Part shown: positions 57,464 to 64,000 of the stretch, piece after piece
Numbering within the stretch: position 1 is the stretch's first letter
How the letters are laid out: each line of letters begins with the position of its first letter
Origin: Occultella glacieicola
GTDB lineage: Bacteria > Actinomycetota > Actinomycetes > Actinomycetales > Beutenbergiaceae
Assembly (NCBI RefSeq): GCF_004353825.1
Contig: NZ_SMNA01000007.1
Coordinates: forward strand, 186,001-250,000
Direction: 5' to 3'
Length of the DNA stretch: 64,000 bases
The notes under the pieces: model-generated
Database searches by the model: none
The model's input: the letters and a program-made list of their open reading frames with translations, nothing else
What the model was told of the DNA's origin: nothing
Position numbers and translations under genes: made by a program

Positions 57464-57499
57464 TGGAACGTTTCACGGACACCGTATGTGAGCGTTCAC
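57464..57499. promoter_or_regulatory. LacI-type operator-like palindromes upstream of the lyase
   Basis: TGGAACGTTTCA at 57464 and GTGAGCGTTCAC at 57488. Confidence 0.5.
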
Positions 57500-57568
57500 G
57501 AAGTCGTCAAGGGGCCTGGCCGCCCGAACCTCCGGACGGGCGCGGGGGAGCCGGGTAGATTGCGTCGG

Positions 57569-58555
57569 GTGAGGGCCGCGGTGAGCACGCGCTACGGGCC
57601 GCCGGACGTGGTCGCCGTGCGGGACGACGTCCCGACCCCGGTGCCCGGCCCCGGAGAACTACTCGTGCGGGTCGAGGTCACCACGGTGAACCGCACCGAC
57701 TGCGCCTACCGCAGGGCTACGCCGTTCTTCGTCCGGTCCTTCACCGGCCTGCGACGACCGCGGCGCACGGTCCTCGGCACCGAGTTCGCCGGGGAGGTCG
57801 TCGGGACCGGCGCCCAGGTGGACCGGTTCGCCGTAGGGGAGATGGTGTTCGGCTACGTCGAGGGTCGCTTCGGGGCGCACGCCGAGTACCTCGTGGTCGC
57901 GCAGGACGGCATGGTCGCGAAGGTCCCGGACGGCATCGGGCTGCGCGAGGCCGCGGCCGCGACCGAGGGTTGCCACTACGCGCTGTCGGCGATCCGGCGC
58001 GCCGGCGTCCGCCCCGGTCATCGGGTGCTCGTCAACGGGGGTACCGGTGGGATCGGCTCGGCGGCGGTGCAGGCGCTCGCGGAGCTGGGGGCGTCCGTCA
58101 CGGCGGTGTGCCGCGGAGCGCACCTGGACCTGGTACGGGGTCTCGGTGCCGAGCACGTCATCGACTTCGAGACCGAGGACTTCACCCGCTCCGCGACGAC
58201 GTACGACGTGATCATCGATGCCGTGGGCAAGAGCACGTTCGGCCGCTGCCGCAGGATCCTCACGCCGGACGGCATCTACATCTCGTCCGAGCTCGGGCCG
58301 TTTGCGCAGAACCTCCCGCTCGCCCTGATCGGGTCGCTCCGCCGGGGCCGCCAACGGGTGGTGTTCCCGTTCCCCGACGAGGGGCAGGCGGTGGTCGAAG
58401 GGATCCGCGACCGGCTGGCCGCCGGGACCTTCCGCCCGGTGATCGACCGCTCCTACCCGCTGGCGGACATCGTGGCGGCCTACCGCTATGTCGAGACCGG
58501 CCAGAAGATCGGCAACGTGCTCATCGACGTCCGGACCGCAGGTTCCGGCGCGTGA
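57569..58555 (+). CDS. MDR-family NAD(P)-dependent oxidoreductase (quinone reductase-like)
   Basis: YGPP, G.EFAG.V, NGGTGGIG, IDRSYPL; no Zn-binding Cys set. Confidence 0.88.
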   Translation: MRAAVSTRYGPPDVVAVRDDVPTPVPGPGELLVRVEVTTVNRTDCAYRRATPFFVRSFTGLRRPRRTVLGTEFAGEVVGTGAQVDRFAVGEMVFGYVEGRFGAHAEYLVVAQDGMVAKVPDGIGLREAAAATEGCHYALSAIRRAGVRPGHRVLVNGGTGGIGSAAVQALAELGASVTAVCRGAHLDLVRGLGAEHVIDFETEDFTRSATTYDVIIDAVGKSTFGRCRRILTPDGIYISSELGPFAQNLPLALIGSLRRGRQRVVFPFPDEGQAVVEGIRDRLAAGTFRPVIDRSYPLADIVAAYRYVETGQKIGNVLIDVRTAGSGA

Positions 58556-58576
58556 GCGGGAGCGCCGCGGGCGTTC

Positions 58577-59494
58577 TCACGCGCCGAGCGATTCCCGCAG
58601 CTGACCGAGTGTGAACTCCCACCCCTGGCGGTAGGAGTCGGCGGGTGCGTCGTCGGCCCACGGCCCACTGTGCCGGACCCGCACGAGCGAGCCGGCGCCG
58701 TCGGGCATGATCCGGACGTCGACCGCCTCGTCGGGGACCGAGTTTTCGCCGTCCTCCCACTCCCACGTGAACGCGAGATGGCCGGGTGCCTCCAGCGCGA
58801 GGTATGTCCCGTGCAGGGTGATGCCCGCGCCCGGCGCCTCGATCCGGTAGCCGCCGCCGATCCGGGCATCCACCTCGACGCTCACGTCGTCCCAGTGCCG
58901 CCACCACCAGGACCGCAGGCCGTCGGCCGTGGCGAATGCCGCCCAGACGCGTTCCGGCGGCGCGTCGAGGCGCTGGGTGAGCTCGAGCGGGGCGCGCGCG
59001 ATCGTGCGCCACTGCCCGACGGCAGCCGCCTCCACTGCCTCGTCGTCGCCGGCGGTCGTGGCGGGTCCGCCGAGGGCGCGGGCGAGCGCGTGCAGACACT
59101 GCTCCCAGCCGCCGCCATAGCCGGCGGCGTGGTCCGGTTCCGCGAGGCGGTGGTCGAGCGTGAGCTCCGTCGTCTGCTCGTCGAGCGCGGCGATCCGCAC
59201 CGAGATGGTGCTTTCGGCCTCGCCCTGCCACGCCCAGGTGACGGAGAAGCCTTCGGACGAGCAGGAGCGGACCCGGCCGGAGGCGGTGTCGTCCGGGTCC
59301 TCGCTGAGGGTCGCGGTGAACGCCTCGCCCGGTGCGCCCGGTCCGCCCTCGACCTGCCCCAACCAGCGGGCCAGGCGCTCCGGGTTCGTGCAGGCGTCCC
59401 GGACCTGCCCCGGGCTCGCGCGGTAGGTTCGCCGGAACGTCAGGGCGGGCCGGTCGGCGGCGCCGGTGAGCGCGCGCCGGATCGTGTCATCCAT
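58577..59494 (-). CDS. Tandem SRPBCC (Aha1-like) domain protein
   Basis: Two units with T.P..L..W-like motifs and C-terminal GW..L helices. Confidence 0.82.
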   Translation of the reverse strand: MDDTIRRALTGAADRPALTFRRTYRASPGQVRDACTNPERLARWLGQVEGGPGAPGEAFTATLSEDPDDTASGRVRSCSSEGFSVTWAWQGEAESTISVRIAALDEQTTELTLDHRLAEPDHAAGYGGGWEQCLHALARALGGPATTAGDDEAVEAAAVGQWRTIARAPLELTQRLDAPPERVWAAFATADGLRSWWWRHWDDVSVEVDARIGGGYRIEAPGAGITLHGTYLALEAPGHLAFTWEWEDGENSVPDEAVDVRIMPDGAGSLVRVRHSGPWADDAPADSYRQGWEFTLGQLRESLGA

Positions 59495-59840
59495 CGTGGT
59501 CCTCTCGGGGGTCGGGGCGCTCGGTGCGGGCGCCGCGGGCGAGTTCGGTCTCGAGCGCGTCCAGGCGTTGTGGCCAGAGCCTCGCGTAGCGGTCGATCCA
59601 GTCGGTGACCTCGTCGAGCGCGCCGGGAACGAGCCGGTAGATGCGCCGGGATCCCTGCGGGGACGCCTCGATCACCGCGGCGTCCCGGAGTGCCCGGAGC
59701 TGGTTGGAGACGGCCGGCTGGCCCACGCCGAACTCGGCCCGGATGACCTCGCCGACGGCGCCGGCGGGGCGCTCGCCGTCGGCCAGCACCTCGACGATCC
59801 GCCGACGCACGGGATCGGCGAGGAGTGCAAAGGAGTTCAT
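59487..59840 (-). CDS. ArsR/SmtB family regulator
   Basis: LADPVRRRIVEVL, QPAVSNQLRALR, RRIY.L. Confidence 0.9.
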   Translation of the reverse strand: MNSFALLADPVRRRIVEVLADGERPAGAVGEVIRAEFGVGQPAVSNQLRALRDAAVIEASPQGSRRIYRLVPGALDEVTDWIDRYARLWPQRLDALETELARGARTERPDPREDHDG

Positions 59841-59954
59841 GTAGTAGTGATATCACGGGTACGTGAAATAAGCCAGGGTCGAGCCGGGCCGATGTTGCCG
59901 CCGTCACCTGTGTCGCCTGCGGCGATCACATCCGGGCCTTTGCCGAGCACCGTC

Positions 59955-59968
59955 GGAAAGCGCTTGCC
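59955..59968. promoter_or_regulatory. LacI-type operator-like site
   Basis: GGAAAGCGCTTGCC upstream of the SDR gene. Confidence 0.5.
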
Positions 59969-60097
59969 AAACTGGCCCTGATCGGTGATCATGAGGTGTC
60001 CCGCCCGCGCAGGCGGGCAGCGATGCCCGAGCGTGGCCGCTCGCTCGGCGTCAGCAAGCCCGCCTCGCACACGTCCCACACCACGAAGGAGCCAAGC

Positions 60098-60871
60098 GTG
60101 CCCAAGGTCGCACTCGTCACCGGCGGGAACCGGGGCATCGGCCTCGGCATCACGAAGGAACTTCTCGGCGAGGGATACGCCGTCGCGATCCTGGCCACCC
60201 GCGAGGAGCCGGCCGAACTCATGGCCGAGCTGAACGGGATCGGTGAGGCGATCTACGTGCGCGGCAGCGTCGCGGAGCTCGCCGACCACCGCCGCTTCGC
60301 GGACGCCGCACTGGAACGTTGGGGCCGGATCGACCTGCTCGTGAACAACGCCGGCGTGGCTCCCGCCGAGCGCAACGACCTCCTCGTGGCCACCCCGGAG
60401 AGCTTCGACAGGGTCCTCGAGATCAACCTGCGCGGCCCGTACTTCCTCACCCAGCTCGTGGCCAACGAGATGATCGAGCGCAGGGCGGTGCACTCGGCGA
60501 ACCCCGACGACGTCGTCGGCACGATCATCAACGTCTCCTCGATCTCGGCGCAGGCGGTCTCGGTGAACCGCGGCGAGTACTGCATCTCCAAGGCCGGCGT
60601 CGGCATGGCCACTCAGCTCTGGGCCGCGCGCCTGGCCCCGGAGGGCATCGTGGTCTACGAGGTCAGGCCGGGCGTGATCGCGACCGACATGACGGCCGGC
60701 GTCAAGGAGAAGTACGACGCCCAGTTCGCGGGTGGACTTGCGCCCATGCCACGGTGGGGCACCCCGCGGGACGTGGCGGGCGCCGTCGTCCAGCTCTCTG
60801 CGGGACGGATGCCGTACTCGACCGGTGACGTGATCAACGTCGGCGGCGGCATGCAGATCCCCCGCCTGTAG
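60098..60871 (+). CDS. Short-chain dehydrogenase/reductase
   Basis: RBS aaggag; TGGNRGIG, NNAG, YCISK. Confidence 0.92.
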   Translation: MPKVALVTGGNRGIGLGITKELLGEGYAVAILATREEPAELMAELNGIGEAIYVRGSVAELADHRRFADAALERWGRIDLLVNNAGVAPAERNDLLVATPESFDRVLEINLRGPYFLTQLVANEMIERRAVHSANPDDVVGTIINVSSISAQAVSVNRGEYCISKAGVGMATQLWAARLAPEGIVVYEVRPGVIATDMTAGVKEKYDAQFAGGLAPMPRWGTPRDVAGAVVQLSAGRMPYSTGDVINVGGGMQIPRL

Positions 60872-60896
60872 AGCACGCGAACGAGAAGGAAGCAGA

Positions 60897-63011
60897 ATGA
60901 CGAACACCGCAGTCCCCGGGGCCGAGACCCTGACCATCGCCGGCGTCGAGGTGCCCGTGGTCACCGCGAACACCGTGGTGGTCGGCACCGGTTCGGCCGG
61001 CTTCTGCGCCGCGGACCGGCTCTGGGAGTTCGGCACCGACGACGTGGTCATGGTGACCGACAAGGTCGGCGCCGGGGCGAGCCGTAACGCCGGCTCGGAC
61101 AAGCAGACCTACTACAAGCTCACCCTCTCCGGCGACGACGGCGACTCCGTCCACGAGATGGCGAAGACGCTGTTCTCCGGTGGTGCGATGGACGGCGACA
61201 ACGCCCTCGCCGAGGCCGCGCTGTCGGCCCGCGGTTTCCTGCGCCTGTGCGACCTCGGGGTGCCGTTCCCGCAGAACAGGTACGGGGAGTTCATCGGCTA
61301 CAAGACCGACCACGATCCGCGCCGCCGGGCCACCTCCGTGGGGCCGTACACCTCGCGTTCGATGGTCGAGCAGCTCGAGAAGAAGGTGGCCCGCAACGGG
61401 ACCCGCATCTACGACGAGTGCCGGGTCATCGACCTGATCGTGATCGATGGTGCGATCGCCGGCCTGCTCGTGCTGCGCCAGGACGTGCCCGCAGACTCGC
61501 CGGAGTCGCAGTACCTGCTGCTGCGCACCACGAACATCGTCTACGCCACCGGGGGCCCGGCCGGCATCTATGCCACCCGGGTGTTCCCGAACGGGCAGTG
61601 GGGCGCGTCCGGCGCCGCCTACCGCGGAGGCGTGCACGGCAAGAACCTGACCGAGTGGCAGTTCGGGCTGGCCTCGACGAAACCACGCTGGAACGTCTCC
61701 GGCACCTACATGCAGGTGATCCCGCGGTTCGTCTCCACCGACGCCGAGGGCAACGACGAGCGCGAGTTCCTCACCGAGGCCATTCCCGACTACGGCCGCC
61801 TGATGACCCTGGTGTTCCTCAAGGGCTACCAGTGGCCGTTCGACATCCGCAAGGCCCGCGACGGGTCGTCACTGATCGACCTGCTCGTCTACCGCGAGAC
61901 CGTGCTGCGCGGGCGCCGGGTGTTCCTGGACTTCCGGTCGAACCCGGTCCGTCCCGACTTCGACCCGAGCGCGCTCGAGCCGGAGGCCCACGAGTACCTC
62001 GAGAAGGCCGGCGTGCTGTTCGGCACCCCGATCGAACGGCTGCGCCGGATGAACGAGCCGGCGTACCAGTTCTACCTGGACCGCAACCCGTACGTGGACC
62101 TCGAGACGGAGATGCTCGAGGTCGACGTGTGCGCCCAGCACAACAACGGCGGCCTGGTCGTGGACGCCTGGTGGCAGTCCAACGTGGCCGGCTTCTTCCC
62201 CGTCGGTGAGGCCGGCGGCGCACACGGCGTCTACCGCCCGGGCGGGGCCGCCCTGAACAGCGGGCAGGTGGGTGCCACCCGCGCCGCCCAGTTCATCGCG
62301 GCCCGGCGTACCGCTGCGCCGGTCGGGGTCGCGGAGTTCACCGCCGCCGCCGAGCCGGTGCTCGCCGACGCCCTCGCGCTGATCGCGGGAGCCAGCGAGC
62401 GTGCCGCGTCCGGCACCCCGGACAACACCGGCGACCTGCTACGCGAGGTCGCCGAGCTCATGAGTGCCAAGGCCGGCCCGGTCCGCTCGGCCGCCTCCAT
62501 CGACGAGGCGCTGGTCCAGGTGCACGCCTGGCTGAGCTCCTACGACGAGCTGATCAGCGCGGACGCCACCTCCCGACGGTCCGTGAACCGCACGTTCCTG
62601 GTCCGGGACATCCTCACGACGGCGTACGTGTACCTGTCCGCGATGGCCGACTACGTCGCGCACGGCGGCCGTTCGCGCGGCTCGGTCCTGTACACCGACC
62701 CCGACGGCGGTCTACCGCTGGTCGGTCACGGCGAGTCGGCCGATCAGGAACTGGACCTTCCGGAGATCTTCAGGTTCACCCTCGACGGCGGAGCCCTGGA
62801 CCCCGAGATCCAGGAGTCGGCGTGGGCTCGCCCGGGCGAGGGCGACGACGGTGCAGGGCTGGCCGGGTGGGTCGGTCCGGTCCCGCGGGAGGCCGCCGAC
62901 CCGGCCGGCCGGCCGCTGTTCCGGTGGCGGCCGGTGCGACCGATCCCGTCCGGTGACGACTTCTTCGAGAACGTCTGGCGCCAGTTCCGCGAGGACGGCA
63001 ACATCCACTGA
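60897..63011 (+). CDS. FAD-binding oxidoreductase, SdhA/FrdA/NadB superfamily
   Basis: VVVGTGSAG, ATGG, QHNNGGL, GE..GAHGVYRPGG. Confidence 0.82.
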   Translation: MTNTAVPGAETLTIAGVEVPVVTANTVVVGTGSAGFCAADRLWEFGTDDVVMVTDKVGAGASRNAGSDKQTYYKLTLSGDDGDSVHEMAKTLFSGGAMDGDNALAEAALSARGFLRLCDLGVPFPQNRYGEFIGYKTDHDPRRRATSVGPYTSRSMVEQLEKKVARNGTRIYDECRVIDLIVIDGAIAGLLVLRQDVPADSPESQYLLLRTTNIVYATGGPAGIYATRVFPNGQWGASGAAYRGGVHGKNLTEWQFGLASTKPRWNVSGTYMQVIPRFVSTDAEGNDEREFLTEAIPDYGRLMTLVFLKGYQWPFDIRKARDGSSLIDLLVYRETVLRGRRVFLDFRSNPVRPDFDPSALEPEAHEYLEKAGVLFGTPIERLRRMNEPAYQFYLDRNPYVDLETEMLEVDVCAQHNNGGLVVDAWWQSNVAGFFPVGEAGGAHGVYRPGGAALNSGQVGATRAAQFIAARRTAAPVGVAEFTAAAEPVLADALALIAGASERAASGTPDNTGDLLREVAELMSAKAGPVRSAASIDEALVQVHAWLSSYDELISADATSRRSVNRTFLVRDILTTAYVYLSAMADYVAHGGRSRGSVLYTDPDGGLPLVGHGESADQELDLPEIFRFTLDGGALDPEIQESAWARPGEGDDGAGLAGWVGPVPREAADPAGRPLFRWRPVRPIPSGDDFFENVWRQFREDGNIH

Positions 63012-63033
63012 CGCACTAGACCGAGGGGTGCGG

Positions 63034-63999
63034 TCAGCCGACGTCCCACGCGGAGAGCGTCGGACCGCCCGACTGGCTCAGGGTGTAGTAGCGATCGCCG
63101 TCCAAGGCGAGCGGGATCGTGTTGCCGTTGGTCCGGAGTTCCCAGGCCAGGTCCCCGGTGCGGACGTCGATACCGACGAGCGACTCGCCGGTCCCGGCGA
63201 ACCCGGCCAGGACCTGTCCGTCGGCGAAGGTGGGGACGAACCCGGCCTCCGGGCTCAGCGACCACAGCTCGGCACCGGTGTGCTCTTCCACCCCCACAAT
63301 GCCGGGGCCATTGGTGGCGACGACGATGCCGTCGACGCGGGCCATGACCCACTCGTCGGGTCGGCTCCAGAGTTGTGCACCGGACGCGGCGTCGGTAGCG
63401 ACCAACTCCGTCGGCCCGAACGCCCCCGTTGGTCGGGTCGTCTCGAGCGAGCGGATCGCCACTGCGGAGCGCGGGTCGTCATCGATCTGGAGGTACTCCT
63501 GACCCGGGGCGAGCGGGATCGGGTCCCGGTCGGGGGAGTACACGAGCACCCCATCAGGGTCCCGCGCCACCAGCCAGCGTGCGCCGAGCCAGCCCGGCTC
63601 CGCCCGCGAGAGGTCCTCGACGAGCGCCCCCGTCGTCGAGTCGAGGACATGACCCTGCCCCTGCACCATCGCCGAGCCGGACGGACCGTCGGTCTCGCGG
63701 GCCACCGACACGAACACCTCGGACCCGAAGACGGCGATCGCCGGTTGCCACTCGCCGATGCCCGGTTCCAGGCCGACGGTCCAGGTGGGCTGTGTGGCCC
63801 AGCCCGGGACGTCCGCCGGTGGGTCGGCCCTGCCGGCCGGAGCGACGCCCGAACCCTGCCTCCCGGCCAGCGCGGTGGCCGCGCCGGCGTACCGGGACAC
63901 CAGGTACTCATCGGGCGTCAGGGAGATCGTCACGATCGCGTCGCCGTCCGTGATCGCCGACGCGACCCCGGGCAGGCCGGCGACGCCGACCGCGCCGGT
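63034..63999 (-). CDS. PQQ-like beta-propeller repeat protein (5' part outside the window)
   Basis: Repeated D..(T/S)G..LW motifs; frame stays open to the window edge. Confidence 0.7.
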   Translation of the reverse strand, partial: TGAVGVAGLPGVASAITDGDAIVTISLTPDEYLVSRYAGAATALAGRQGSGVAPAGRADPPADVPGWATQPTWTVGLEPGIGEWQPAIAVFGSEVFVSVARETDGPSGSAMVQGQGHVLDSTTGALVEDLSRAEPGWLGARWLVARDPDGVLVYSPDRDPIPLAPGQEYLQIDDDPRSAVAIRSLETTRPTGAFGPTELVATDAASGAQLWSRPDEWVMARVDGIVVATNGPGIVGVEEHTGAELWSLSPEAGFVPTFADGQVLAGFAGTGESLVGIDVRTGDLAWELRTNGNTIPLALDGDRYYTLSQSGGPTLSAWDVG

Positions 64000-64000
64000 C

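Noticed and set aside
60897..63011. sdhA or nadB assignment
   Set aside because: No sdhB/C/D or nadA/C neighbours, and the signature segments diverge.
41553..64000. Integrative island at tRNA-Ser
   Set aside because: No integrase, no duplicated tRNA 3' end noticed, and composition matches the rest of the window.

Overview
High-GC actinobacterial chromosome segment; gene content suggests Micrococcales (inference). Most long ORFs in the supplied track are antisense or off-frame shadows. About 60 real CDS are supported. From left to right: a sortase-anchored (LAETG) protein with six chaplin-like repeats; a type VII secretion-style cassette (EspC/WXG-like protein, alpha/beta-hydrolase, LppA-like protein); an ECF42 sigma with its DGPF/YCII partner; PadR with an ABC exporter; VKOR; a decayed ParE-type toxin-antitoxin pair that the ORF track misses; an Sfp PPTase coupled to an unknown protein; metNIQ; an Lsr2 paralogue with RSR in place of RGR; a SAM-IV riboswitch before a class V aminotransferase; a large ATPase-LuxR regulator; a SAM-I-type riboswitch before DUF1737-rhodanese-metZ; upp, tadA and tRNA-Ser(CGA); two LacI-controlled sugar ABC systems, one belonging to a rhamnogalacturonan locus (rhaM, PL11 lyase); and an SDR plus an orphan SdhA-like flavoprotein. 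The most unusual structure is at 53.2-54.85 kb. There an AbiEi/DUF559-like gene is bracketed by inverted CGAGTCAGTC motifs, a 28-bp hairpin and a ~14.5-nt repeat array, and it sits between genes of the rhamnogalacturonan locus. All family calls come from motif recognition by eye; no searches were run.
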